The notes beneath the pieces are model-generated. The model was not told the DNA's origin and did no database searches. It was given only the letters and a program-made list of their open reading frames with translations. The position numbers and the translations under genes are program-made. Shown piece after piece: positions 9,492 through 18,707 of a stretch of DNA of 64,000 bases. The stretch's first letter is position 1, and each line of letters starts with the position of its first letter. This stretch comes from Spirochaetia bacterium (GTDB lineage: Bacteria > Spirochaetota > Spirochaetia > DSM-27196 > Salinispiraceae), in the NCBI GenBank assembly GCA_038204425.1, contig JBBRCZ010000001.1, positions 128,001-192,000 on the forward strand, in the 5' to 3' direction.

Positions 9492-9641
9492 TGCACGTAA
9501 AGCGATCCCGTTTATGCACTCTCAAAGACAAAACTACAAGTTTTGATTTGCGAGAAATAAATCAGGACACCGTGTGCCCCATCTCTGATTCTCGTCCAAG
9601 GCTAGGCAAGGACGGAAAATACGTTGGCATAGCCATACGTA
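9492..9641 (-). promoter_or_regulatory. Structured rpsB 5' leader (candidate S2 autoregulatory element)
   Basis: Five adjacent inverted repeats at about 9492-9518, 9521-9554, 9560-9590, 9593-9614 and 9620-9641, directly upstream of the AAGGAG SD of rpsB. Confidence 0.5.
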
Positions 9642-9738
9642 ACTATCTTGCAATGTAGAACATGCCACGATAGTCGGTAGCAATTATTGCAGATATTGCC
9701 AGTCTAATCAAGCGAGGTATTTTTAAACTTTGGACGAT

Positions 9739-9767
9739 TTGCCTTAAAACTCACAGCGTGTTATGTT
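9739..9767 (+). promoter_or_regulatory. Candidate sigma70 promoter for the OmpA-domain gene
   Basis: TTGCCT (9739-44), 17 nt, TATGTT (9762-67), with TGn extension. Confidence 0.45.
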
Positions 9768-9832
9768 GATGTGAAGATTTTTCGTTTGTTCCAAGTTTTT
9801 TGTATCTTCTACAACGTAAAGGAGACCGTCGA

Positions 9833-12235
9833 ATGTCCAAATTTAGATTCACTGTGCAAGTCTTTTCTAGGCTTTTTGTATTTGTTGTGCTTTTAATTGG
9901 CACCTCATTAGGATCTCTTTTTGCTGGTGGTGGCCAAGAGGTTGACACTCAAGTGCAATTGGAGAAGGCTCCGGCTTATATCTCTCCAGGTAATACCGAT
10001 GGGGGGCGGGTTAAGCTCACTATTGAAAATATTAAGCTTAAGATTGATCCCAATGCGACTATAAAAAGTTTTGCTATAAATATTTACAATAAAAATGGTC
10101 AACTCATTTTTTCAAAAGTTGACGAGAAACTTGAGGGAAGAGGTTTTTTTGCAGAACTTTTTAACGTTGGTGAAATACCTCAGGTCAAAGTGCCAGAAAC
10201 GATTACTTGGCCAGGAACTGGAAACGATGGAAAAGTAGTGCCCGATGGTGAGTATTTTTACCAACTTACTGTTCTTGATAGCTATGGAAAAAAGACTAGT
10301 AGTCCACCATTATCAGTTGTGGTTGATACTAAGGCTCCCTCTATTGTGAGCGCGACGGTGATTCCGCGAGTTTTTTCACCCAACGGAGATGGCATTCGCG
10401 ATACCATTAAGTTTAATCATAGAACCGATACTGCTTTTGGGTGGACCGAGACAGTTCTTAACCAAGCTGGTGCTACATTTTGGTCGGTTTCAGTAATGGC
10501 AGCAGGAGATACAGCTTCAAGTGATATCGTGCTTTCTAATGACAGCGAATGGGATGGCATCGCCAACCAAGATGCTGGTGAGGTTAAAAAAGGAGTAACG
10601 GTACCTGAGGGAACCTATCTCTACCGTTTAACCGGAGTTGATAGAGCGGGCAACGTTACCAAACGAGAAATTCCATTTTCTGTAAGCTTTAAGGCTAGTG
10701 ATCTCAGTTTAACTGTCAAAGATGAGCGGACTCTGCTCGGCGCACAAAATCCCTTGGTCTTCCTAGTCTCTGTGGCCAGCACTGATGGACTTCTATCTTG
10801 GAAGTTGGAAGTGAGCGATAGTCAGGATACGGTAGTTCGACGGTTTTCGGGTCAAGGAGTTCCACCTGAGAATGTGTTGTACAACGGAACAGGCCATGGT
10901 GGTCGTCCAGAAAGTGACTCAAGTGCTCTACTTAGAGATGGCAGCTATACTGTTCTACTAAGCGCCGAATATGACAGCGGAACACTATCTCAGTCAGATC
11001 CTCTGACTATTTTAATCGATGGTCAGGCCCCAGCAGCTCTAATTACTTTGGATTCGGTGCCGGATTCTACGGCGCGCAATCAAGCTTTGATATTTGGTAC
11101 CTCAGGTAAAGAGAAGCTTTCTCTTGCAATCCGATATGATAATAAAGAAGATTGGACAGTGCACTTGGAACGACTTGATGCCCCATCCACTGAACAAAAC
11201 AGTGATGAGTTCCAGTCAAAAAGTCGTTTTGAGTTTGAGTTTAAGGAATGGATCAGTGGCCTGCGCGAGATTGGCAGTTTGGAAATTGACGAATCGCAGA
11301 CCAGCGCCGTTTATGAATGGGACGGAACACTACCTGCTTCAGTTGGCGTGAGTCAAGAAATACAAATGACTATTCCCGATGGAAGCTGGGGGCTGTATCT
11401 GTCAAGTACCGACAAAGCAGGAAATGAAGGTGAGTCGAGGCAAGTGCGATTTATTCGCAATCTAAGTGCAGGAACTAGTTTAACCTTAGAGCCCGCCACC
11501 TTTAAGGCTGTAATTGCCGCTAGACCAGTTATTTTTACTCCTGATGGTGATGGAGACGGTGATGAAGTAGTGTTTGAACTTTCTGTTGAGGGAAATGCTA
11601 CCACGGTTGACAGCTGGGTTCTTGAAATATTTGATCCTGTACAAGAAAGCTTTAGAATATGGTCTGGTCGAGGTCTTCCTTCGGAAACTATAGCATGGGA
11701 TGGCAAATCCGATGGAGGGGAATTGGTGCAGAGCGCGCTTGACTACCCAGCCGTTCTAACTATTGTTGATCAAGATGGCAAAAAAGCTCAGGCTATGGTT
11801 TCGGTTGCCGTAGACATTCTGGTGCTTCGGGACGGTGATAAGCTGCGTATTGCATTGCCAAACATACAGTTTCCACCAGATAGCCCTGATTTGTTCAAAA
11901 ATGCGCAAGAGGTATTGGACGCTAACCTTGTTACCCTGCGACGTTTGGCAAGGACTCTTAATCGTTTTACTGAGCACCAAATCAGTGTAGAAGGACATGC
12001 AAACTTTGCCTGGGCCAACAGCGCTGCAGATAAGAAAGTTGAGCAAAGCAAGGAATTGTTGCCACTGTCCAGCGCTCGGGCGCTCGAAGTCAAACAAGCT
12101 TTGATAATTTTGGGCGTGGCAGCAGAACGGCTAAGTGCAGTCGGCTACGGCGGTGACTTTCCAGTTGTCAACTTTGATGACAAGGTAAACCGCTGGAAGA
12201 ATCGCAGAGTTGAGTTTATTTTGACTAAGAATTAA
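9833..12235 (+). CDS. Exported protein with about five FlgD-Ig-like repeats and a C-terminal OmpA-like peptidoglycan-binding domain
   Basis: ATG 9833 after AAAGGAG; signal peptide ending LFAGGGQE; repeated FSPNGDG-type and W.G...G...PDG.Y motifs; C-terminal EGHAN...LS..RA..V..AL...GYGG...NRRVEF. Confidence 0.85.
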   Translation: MSKFRFTVQVFSRLFVFVVLLIGTSLGSLFAGGGQEVDTQVQLEKAPAYISPGNTDGGRVKLTIENIKLKIDPNATIKSFAINIYNKNGQLIFSKVDEKLEGRGFFAELFNVGEIPQVKVPETITWPGTGNDGKVVPDGEYFYQLTVLDSYGKKTSSPPLSVVVDTKAPSIVSATVIPRVFSPNGDGIRDTIKFNHRTDTAFGWTETVLNQAGATFWSVSVMAAGDTASSDIVLSNDSEWDGIANQDAGEVKKGVTVPEGTYLYRLTGVDRAGNVTKREIPFSVSFKASDLSLTVKDERTLLGAQNPLVFLVSVASTDGLLSWKLEVSDSQDTVVRRFSGQGVPPENVLYNGTGHGGRPESDSSALLRDGSYTVLLSAEYDSGTLSQSDPLTILIDGQAPAALITLDSVPDSTARNQALIFGTSGKEKLSLAIRYDNKEDWTVHLERLDAPSTEQNSDEFQSKSRFEFEFKEWISGLREIGSLEIDESQTSAVYEWDGTLPASVGVSQEIQMTIPDGSWGLYLSSTDKAGNEGESRQVRFIRNLSAGTSLTLEPATFKAVIAARPVIFTPDGDGDGDEVVFELSVEGNATTVDSWVLEIFDPVQESFRIWSGRGLPSETIAWDGKSDGGELVQSALDYPAVLTIVDQDGKKAQAMVSVAVDILVLRDGDKLRIALPNIQFPPDSPDLFKNAQEVLDANLVTLRRLARTLNRFTEHQISVEGHANFAWANSAADKKVEQSKELLPLSSARALEVKQALIILGVAAERLSAVGYGGDFPVVNFDDKVNRWKNRRVEFILTKN

Positions 12236-12245
12236 GGATGTTTAG

Positions 12246-12280
12246 GCCGGGCAGTTTGCTAAAGCTGCCCGGTTTTTTTT
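12246..12280 (+). terminator. Rho-independent terminator after the OmpA-domain gene
   Basis: GCCGGGCAGTTT / AAGCTGCCCGGT stem followed by a T run to 12280. Confidence 0.85.
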
Positions 12281-12917
12281 ATGGCACAAACTGCAGTTGT
12301 CTAAGAATTGGCAACAGTGTCTCAAGGCTTAGCCCGACGATGCCGGTGTAGCTGCCTTCAATTGACTCAATTAGTCCAGCGGCCCTTCCTTGGATTTTAT
12401 AGGCTCCAGCCGCACCTTGCCATTCCTGACTATCTAGATACCAATCAATAAGTATAGAATCAAGACTAATAAATTTTACCTGACTAACAGAGACAGAGTC
12501 AAAGCGCCTCAGTTCTTCAAAACTCTGTTGCGGACTAGATTGACTTTGTCCATGCTTAGACATTTCAAAAACGGCGATGCCGGTATAGACTTGATGCAGA
12601 TTTCCAGACAGCAGTCGCAGATAGGCTTGCGCTTCTCGTCGGCTCGATGCCTTGCCAAGTCTATGTTCCTCAAAAGCTACCAAAGTGTCAGCACAAAGCA
12701 CAATCGTTGGCTGCGTAATCAAATGCTCTAGTTGTTGGAAGGCACGTTGTGCCTTTTCCTGTGTAATCTGTCGAACTAATTCATGGGCACTTAGCTTGAC
12801 TGACATGTCTTCTTCGCCAGCTAAGGCGTGTACTTCAAACTCTAGGCCCAATTGTTTTAGTAGGCTGGCTCTTTGTGGTGAGGTAGATGCCAAGATCAAC
12901 TTTTTGCTTGCGGACAT
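12279..12917 (-). CDS. maf: Maf-family nucleoside triphosphate pyrophosphatase
   Basis: LILASTSPQR..LL, ADT, LGK, LSG..H.V.TG, AGAY.IQG, VGL; start moved to ATG 12917, which follows AAGGAG. Confidence 0.9.
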   Translation of the reverse strand: MSASKKLILASTSPQRASLLKQLGLEFEVHALAGEEDMSVKLSAHELVRQITQEKAQRAFQQLEHLITQPTIVLCADTLVAFEEHRLGKASSRREAQAYLRLLSGNLHQVYTGIAVFEMSKHGQSQSSPQQSFEELRRFDSVSVSQVKFISLDSILIDWYLDSQEWQGAAGAYKIQGRAAGLIESIEGSYTGIVGLSLETLLPILRQLQFVP

Positions 12918-12998
12918 TAACTGCTCCTTTTTTAAGACCGATTGAGTGGCAAAAAACACTGGCACGCAGTGAGCCGGCCAAACTATACTATGAGAATC

Positions 12999-14087
12999 AT
13001 GAATGAAACAGTATTTCGATGTGCCGGATGCGATGCAGCGGTGGAGTTCAATCCAGAACAGCAAAATCTAAAGTGCCCTTATTGCGGACTAACCCAAGCA
13101 ATCGAAGGGCTTTCTCAAGCCGAATTTCAAGAGGAACTTGATCTTGAGTCTAGTATTCAACGTTTTTCGCAACTCGCAACTGAGGAAATAAGAATAGTTG
13201 TGTGTCAGTCTTGCAATGGAGAAACTACCTTTGCGGTCAATCACGAATCTGGCACTTGTGATTTTTGCGGCACCAAAATTGTTGCAACTGGTCCAACCAG
13301 TAAAGCAATGAAACCGCAATACCTATTGCCTTTTGCCATAAAACAAGACAAGGCAGAAACTGCCTTTAGAACGTGGCTCAAAAAGCGATGGTTTGCGCCT
13401 TCGGATCTCAAGCGACTGGCCGGCCTAAAGGATCCACTTTCGGGAATCTATTTTCCCTTTTGGACTTTTGATGCGCAAACACATAGTCACTATGATGGCG
13501 AGCGTGGCGACCACTATACTGTCCAAGTGCAAAGCCGAGACTCTCAAGGAAACTCTGTTACACGTAGTGAAACTCGTACGCGCTGGACGGCAGTCTCTGG
13601 AAATACCGAACGTTTTTTTGACGACGTTCTGGTTCCCGGAAGCAAAAATCTTCCTGAAAAGCTTACCAAGAATCTAAAAGATTGGAATCTTAAAGAGATG
13701 GTTAGCTACAATCCTGCTGTCCTTAGTGGTTTTAAATCAGAAACTTATTCGCTTGGGCTAAAGGAAGGTTTTGCCGAAGGAAAAGAAGAAATGGAGACCA
13801 TCATTCATTCTGATGTCAGACGAGCAATTGGTGGCGATGAGCAAAGGATTCGCTTAATCAATACCCGCTATTCGGAAATGACTTTTAAGTATATTCAGCT
13901 TCCGATGTGGTCCTTAACCTACAAGTATGGAAAGAAGTTTTTCCAAGTCTTGGTAAACGGTAGGTCTGGAGAGGTGAGCGGAGAAAGACCGTGGAGCGTC
14001 ATCAAAATTACCTTAACCGTTCTTTTGATTGCCGGACTTGGTGTTGGCCTCTACTTTCTGGCGGAGCATCTGGGTTGGTTTGCTTAA
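12999..14087 (+). CDS. Zn-ribbon membrane-anchored protein (YdjG-like; family often mislabelled primosomal protein N')
   Basis: Four CxxC pairs (CAGC, CPYC, CQSC, CDFC), P..LLPF, W...WFAP, Y.PFWTFD, FDDVLV, VNGRSGEV.G.RP.S, C-terminal TM. Start is 12999 or 12990. Confidence 0.75.
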   Translation: MNETVFRCAGCDAAVEFNPEQQNLKCPYCGLTQAIEGLSQAEFQEELDLESSIQRFSQLATEEIRIVVCQSCNGETTFAVNHESGTCDFCGTKIVATGPTSKAMKPQYLLPFAIKQDKAETAFRTWLKKRWFAPSDLKRLAGLKDPLSGIYFPFWTFDAQTHSHYDGERGDHYTVQVQSRDSQGNSVTRSETRTRWTAVSGNTERFFDDVLVPGSKNLPEKLTKNLKDWNLKEMVSYNPAVLSGFKSETYSLGLKEGFAEGKEEMETIIHSDVRRAIGGDEQRIRLINTRYSEMTFKYIQLPMWSLTYKYGKKFFQVLVNGRSGEVSGERPWSVIKITLTVLLIAGLGVGLYFLAEHLGWFA

Positions 14088-14110
14088 GCCAACTACTTTA
14101 GATCTTAACA

Positions 14111-16159
14111 CTAGGGACAATGAACGCTTTTACTGCGAGCAATCTCAAGTATCAGCACTTCTTGAGGATTGAGTTCAATCGGACCTGTGAAAGTTTTGCC
14201 ACTCAAAAGATCCGTACCTGATAGACTTGCTAGATCTGCCTTGGCGATAGATTGGTTGTGATTGATGATAAATATAAATATATGAGTGTCGTTTTCCCTG
14301 ATGCTGGTTTCAAGTCCGGCTTGCGAAATCACCCGTTTGCGCAAGCCGGACTTTTTGATGCAAGAAATGATGAACGTTTCTATCCACGGTGCATCTATAT
14401 CTGCTGCAAGATAGTAAGCAGACCCTTTGCCAAAATAATTCCTCGTAACGGATGGATTGCCAGCCAGCGCACCGTCATCGTAGCTCGCGATTGCCTGAGC
14501 TCCAGCTAAGTGTACCAGTTCGTGCCAGTTGTGTATCTCAGTTTTGATGCAATCTTGATCTATCATGGTAACGCATTCATTCTTCTGTAAGGGGTGCCAT
14601 TCTTCTACCCAGATGCCCAATACTTTTTGTAAAAGTCGCGGGTGACCACCCAAGTAGGCGTGGTTGTTCTGATCAACGATGCCACTAAAATAGCCACAGA
14701 TGAGCTTGCCACCGTGTTCGACAAATGACTCAATCTTGTTGGCCTGAGTTTGACTCAGCATAAAGAGCGCAGGTGCAACGATTAGCTTATAGCCTGATAG
14801 ATCGTCGTCGGGATGAACTATGTCGAGGTCAATATGGTCATTCCAAAATGCTTTGTGCCAGGTTTCTATACATTGAATGGTGTCGATAGAAGCTGGTTTG
14901 CTCGGCAGTGAAAGCGCCCAATGGCTTTCCGCGTTGTAAAGAATGGCCACTTGAGGCTTTTGTATACTACCAATTATGCTCTTAATATTTTTGAGTTCTT
15001 GGCCGAGTTCACGGACTTCCCTAAATGCGCGTGTTTCCTCTCCGTTGGGCATAACCGCACCAAGATGTGGCACCAAAGCACCGTGAAACATCTCATCGCC
15101 AGCTTTAGATTGTCGCCATTGAAAATACATAATGCCGTCGGCGCCGCGTGCAATGGCTTGAAACGATTGTGCTCTCATTACGCCTTCAGGCTTTTGACTG
15201 TTGATTGCTCGCCAGTTGACTTGTGTATTGACTTGTTCCATTAAGACAAAGGGGCGATCAGCTTTAAGTGAACGAATAAAATCATGGTGCATAGCATTTC
15301 TAGAAGCAGCTTGTAGACCCAGAGCTGGATCTGGGTAGCTATCCCAACTTACATAGTCCAGGTTTTTTGACAGAGCGCGCCGATCAAAGAAAAACTGCTC
15401 GCCCACTAAGTTGGTGCTAACCGGTATACCCGGGCTTAGCTCCCTAATAATGGCCAATTCCATCTCGACCAACTCAACGTACTTGTCCGACCAAAAACGC
15501 TTCCAATCCAAGAGTTGTCCTGGGTTGGGGTTGTGGGGGGCCTTGCGAGGCGGCAGAATCTCGTCAAAACTCTCGTAGTTTTGACTCCAAAAGGCCGTAT
15601 TCCAGACGCGGTTGAGATGGCTGATTTCTTCATAGCGCAGCTCTAGCCAATATCTAAAGTGCCGGGCTGACTCGTCGTCAAAGCTCGCTTGTATATGGCA
15701 AGCATATTCATTGTTGATATGCCAAGAAATGACTGCAGGGTGTTTTCCGTAGCGCTTGGCAATTGCGCCTATCAGTCGACGTGCATGACTTCGGTAACTC
15801 TCTGAAGCAGGGTTATAGTGTTGTCGCGAGCCAGGCCAGAGCGTTTGGCCTGCAATGTCTATTGGCAGGATGTCTGGATGTTTTTTGCACAACCAAGCTG
15901 GAGGTGAAGCTGTGGCGCTTGCCAAGTTCACCTTTATTCCGCCTTGGTGAAGCATTTCAATTATAGTATCAAGCCAGTCAAAACTAAAGATTCCGTCGTT
16001 TGGTTCGATCTTGGCCCAAGAAAAAATGCCCAACGAAACACAGTTAACCTGGGCTGCTTGCATAAGCTTAATGTCTTCTTGCCAGACTTCTTGGGGCCAC
16101 TGTTCGGGGTTGTAGTCAGCCCCAAACAAGATTTCGTCAAAATCAAACAGTTTTTTCAT
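14111..16159 (-). CDS. Beta-galactosidase, glycoside hydrolase family 42
   Basis: GADYNPEQW, GIFSW..IEP, TASPPAW, acid/base WHINNEY, WNTAFWSQ, nucleophile LMEQ, YFQWR; trimerisation domain. Confidence 0.93.
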   Translation of the reverse strand: MKKLFDFDEILFGADYNPEQWPQEVWQEDIKLMQAAQVNCVSLGIFSWAKIEPNDGIFSFDWLDTIIEMLHQGGIKVNLASATASPPAWLCKKHPDILPIDIAGQTLWPGSRQHYNPASESYRSHARRLIGAIAKRYGKHPAVISWHINNEYACHIQASFDDESARHFRYWLELRYEEISHLNRVWNTAFWSQNYESFDEILPPRKAPHNPNPGQLLDWKRFWSDKYVELVEMELAIIRELSPGIPVSTNLVGEQFFFDRRALSKNLDYVSWDSYPDPALGLQAASRNAMHHDFIRSLKADRPFVLMEQVNTQVNWRAINSQKPEGVMRAQSFQAIARGADGIMYFQWRQSKAGDEMFHGALVPHLGAVMPNGEETRAFREVRELGQELKNIKSIIGSIQKPQVAILYNAESHWALSLPSKPASIDTIQCIETWHKAFWNDHIDLDIVHPDDDLSGYKLIVAPALFMLSQTQANKIESFVEHGGKLICGYFSGIVDQNNHAYLGGHPRLLQKVLGIWVEEWHPLQKNECVTMIDQDCIKTEIHNWHELVHLAGAQAIASYDDGALAGNPSVTRNYFGKGSAYYLAADIDAPWIETFIISCIKKSGLRKRVISQAGLETSIRENDTHIFIFIINHNQSIAKADLASLSGTDLLSGKTFTGPIELNPQEVLILEIARSKSVHCP

Positions 16160-16181
16160 AAGCTTAGTTACTTGATTACTA

Positions 16182-16691
16182 TCAAAACGTGGCTTCCGAA
16201 CCGCGAGTCATCAAAAGCTTGCCGGTGCGCACAACTTCTCTTATGTCATATGGCTCAAGAACACGATTGATATTGTCTAGGTAGTTGCTCTCGCCCATAG
16301 CTTGCAAAATGACTGTTTCGGTGCCCACATCGATTGCCTTACATTCTAGAGCGTGGGCAAGTTGCAAGACTTCCAGTCGGTGTTGACCCGAGCAGTTTAT
16401 CTTAAACAAAGCAAGTTCTCGTTGAATAATATCGTCTTCGGTTCGGTCACTGGCACTTACGACGTCAACCAGTTTGTTTAGTTGTTTGAGAATTTGAAAG
16501 AGTACTTTTTTGTCACCGCTTGCTACGATGTTCATCACCGAAAAACCAGGGTCTCGTGATTCTGAGACCACCAAGCTGTCTATATTGTATGCTCTACGCG
16601 CAAATACTAACGAGATACGGATCAAAACACCGGGCTTGTTGGCGACATATAGACTAATTACGTGCTTCTTTATTGGATCTAGATCTTCCAT
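16182..16691 (-). CDS. ilvN: Acetolactate synthase small (regulatory, ACT) subunit
   Basis: H.IS.YV.NKPGVL.RIS.VFARR.YNIDSL.V, QLNKLVDV, RELAL.K, EVVRTG; start moved to ATG 16691, which follows AAGGAG. Confidence 0.93.
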   Translation of the reverse strand: MEDLDPIKKHVISLYVANKPGVLIRISLVFARRAYNIDSLVVSESRDPGFSVMNIVASGDKKVLFQILKQLNKLVDVVSASDRTEDDIIQRELALFKINCSGQHRLEVLQLAHALECKAIDVGTETVILQAMGESNYLDNINRVLEPYDIREVVRTGKLLMTRGSEATF

Positions 16692-16716
16692 AGAAACTCC
16701 TTTGCTTTGATTAAAC

Positions 16717-18432
16717 TTAGGTCGAACCAATGGGCTTGGCCATGCGGGTGCGTGGTGGTTCAAGTATCATATCCGCCATGGCACCACCGGCAGGTATCAT
16801 TGGAAAGACATTGTCTTCTTTGTCTACTTCTGCTTCAATGATGCAAGGCCCATCGTTGTATGCCAGAGCAGCAGCAACAACGCGCTTTACGTCTGCCGAC
16901 CTGCGAATGCGAAAACCTTTCATGCCATAGGCGTCTGCAAGCTTAACAAAGTCGGGGTTGCCAACAAGATCAACGCCTGACAGGCGATTGTCATAGAAGA
17001 GACTCTGCCACTGACGTACCATGCCTAAGTATTTGTTATTGACTACCAGTATCTTTACCGGCAATTTGTTTACAGCAGCTGTTGAGAGTTCGCATAGGGT
17101 CATTTGAAAACCACCGTCGCCTACCACGGCAATGACCGGTTTATCAGGACGTGCAAACTGGGCGCCAATTGCAGATGGAAAACCAAAGCCCATGGTGCCT
17201 GCTCCGCCGGAACTTATCCAGCCAAATCTTTCATGAACCAAGAAAAACTGGGCGGCCCACATTTGGTGCTGACCTACGTCTGTGGTGACGATTGCTTTGC
17301 CTTTGGTCTGTTGGTAAAACTCATCCATAACATGTTGGGCCGACAGTTTGCCCGTCTTTTTGTAAGCCAGCGGAAAGGATTTCTTCCAACGCTTAACTTG
17401 CTTGAGCCAGTCACTGGTATCTCCAGCTTTGGTAACCGAATACAGTTCTTCCAGTACTTTACGAGCGTCACCCAAGATGGTGCAATCCATAGCAAGAGTC
17501 TTGTCAAATTCTGCGGCATCAATGTCAATGTGAATTTTTTTGGCATCAACGCAAAACCGTTTTGGGTTGCCTACAATGCGGTCGTCCCAGCGGGATCCAA
17601 TTGAAATTATCAGGTCACAGGCATCGACGGCCATGTTGGCGTAGGCTGTTCCGTGCATGCCCAACATACCAAGCGAGAGCGGATGGTTTTCTGGAAATGA
17701 GCCCTTGCCAAGCAAGGTATTGGTAACCGGAATTTGAAGCTTTTCTACCAACGATACCAGTATGTCATTGGCTCCCGAGATTACCGCACCGTGCCCAGCC
17801 AAAATGATGGGGCGCTTGGCGTTTTCAATAAGAGTCGCCGCTTGTAGTATATCTGCCTTCTCGCCATGTTCTGGGATAGTGTAGCCTGGTAGCTGATGGG
17901 GCTCGTCCCAGTTTGGCTCAAAGCTTGCAGAACTGATGTCTTTAGGTATGTCGATAAGTACCGGACCTGGACGACCGGAGTTGGCGATAAAAAATGCTTC
18001 GCTGAATATTCTTGGAATATCATTGACGTTTTTAATAAGGTAGGAGTGTTTTACGACAGGAAAGCTAATACCGCTAACGTCAGCTTCTTGAAAAGCGTCC
18101 ATACCGAGATTCCAAGTTGTTTGTTGACCGCAAACGACTATCATCGGAACACTATCCATTTGAGCAGTGAGAATGCCCGTGATTGTGTTGACGGCGCCTG
18201 GACCGGAAGTAACGAGTACGACGCCGGTTCTACCACAGGCTCTCGCGTATCCGTCGGCCATGTGAACAGCACCTTGCTCGTGCCTGGTCAGGATAAATTT
18301 AAGAGGTGAATCATAGAGTGCGTCAAAAATAGGTATGGCTGCGCCACCTGGTAAGCCAAACACATAGTCAACTTTCTGCCTTCGAATGCTTTCTACGATA
18401 GCTTCTGCTCCGGTAATTGTCTTTTCTGGCAT
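16717..18432 (-). CDS. ilvB: Acetolactate synthase large subunit, biosynthetic type
   Basis: [44 protein letters not shown] motif GDGGFQM...[10 protein letters not shown]. Confidence 0.96.
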   Translation of the reverse strand: MPEKTITGAEAIVESIRRQKVDYVFGLPGGAAIPIFDALYDSPLKFILTRHEQGAVHMADGYARACGRTGVVLVTSGPGAVNTITGILTAQMDSVPMIVVCGQQTTWNLGMDAFQEADVSGISFPVVKHSYLIKNVNDIPRIFSEAFFIANSGRPGPVLIDIPKDISSASFEPNWDEPHQLPGYTIPEHGEKADILQAATLIENAKRPIILAGHGAVISGANDILVSLVEKLQIPVTNTLLGKGSFPENHPLSLGMLGMHGTAYANMAVDACDLIISIGSRWDDRIVGNPKRFCVDAKKIHIDIDAAEFDKTLAMDCTILGDARKVLEELYSVTKAGDTSDWLKQVKRWKKSFPLAYKKTGKLSAQHVMDEFYQQTKGKAIVTTDVGQHQMWAAQFFLVHERFGWISSGGAGTMGFGFPSAIGAQFARPDKPVIAVVGDGGFQMTLCELSTAAVNKLPVKILVVNNKYLGMVRQWQSLFYDNRLSGVDLVGNPDFVKLADAYGMKGFRIRRSADVKRVVAAALAYNDGPCIIEAEVDKEDNVFPMIPAGGAMADMILEPPRTRMAKPIGST

Positions 18433-18454
18433 GATGGCCTCCGTAATTAACTAA

Positions 18455-18483
18455 AATATAGACCGATTTGATGAATATGTCAA
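18455..18483 (-). promoter_or_regulatory. Sigma70 promoter of ilvB
   Basis: Minus strand TTGACA (18483-78), 17 nt, TATATT (18460-55); leaves a leader of only about 16 nt containing GGAGG. Confidence 0.7.
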
Positions 18484-18692
18484 ACACTGCTCCCAAATGT
18501 TGTGACATTCGTAGATAAAACAAGGTGGTTTTGATGTTCGTTTCAGAATTGTAATCCTTTTATGCCAAAAAATTGTTGATTATATAATAAAATATCGAAT
18601 AAAAAGATGGAAACCTTACAGTTTCTGCTAGCCGGCTAATCAAGTTTTTTCACAACTGGCCATAGTTTTTGTGGGCAGATAGTTTTTCTAAG

Positions 18693-18701
18693 TGTTATAG
18701 T
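18693..18701 (+). promoter_or_regulatory. Extended -10 element of crtI (leaderless geometry)
   Basis: TGtTATAGT ending 6 nt before ATG 18708; no SD. Confidence 0.5.
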
Positions 18702-18707
18702 GTGCGT

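Noticed and set aside
9751..9948. 65-aa minus-strand ORF upstream of rpsB as a leader peptide
   Set aside because: Overlaps the start of the OmpA-domain gene in antisense, has no recognisable features, and ends far from the rpsB leader.
12918..13064. Apparent head-to-head overlap of maf and the Zn-ribbon gene in the ORF track
   Set aside because: Artefact of longest-ORF starts; the motif-supported starts (12917 and 12999) leave an 81-nt spacer.
18495..18520. CRP/Rex-like site TGTGA in the ilvB-crtI spacer
   Set aside because: Only one half-site; the second half (TAGAT) does not match.
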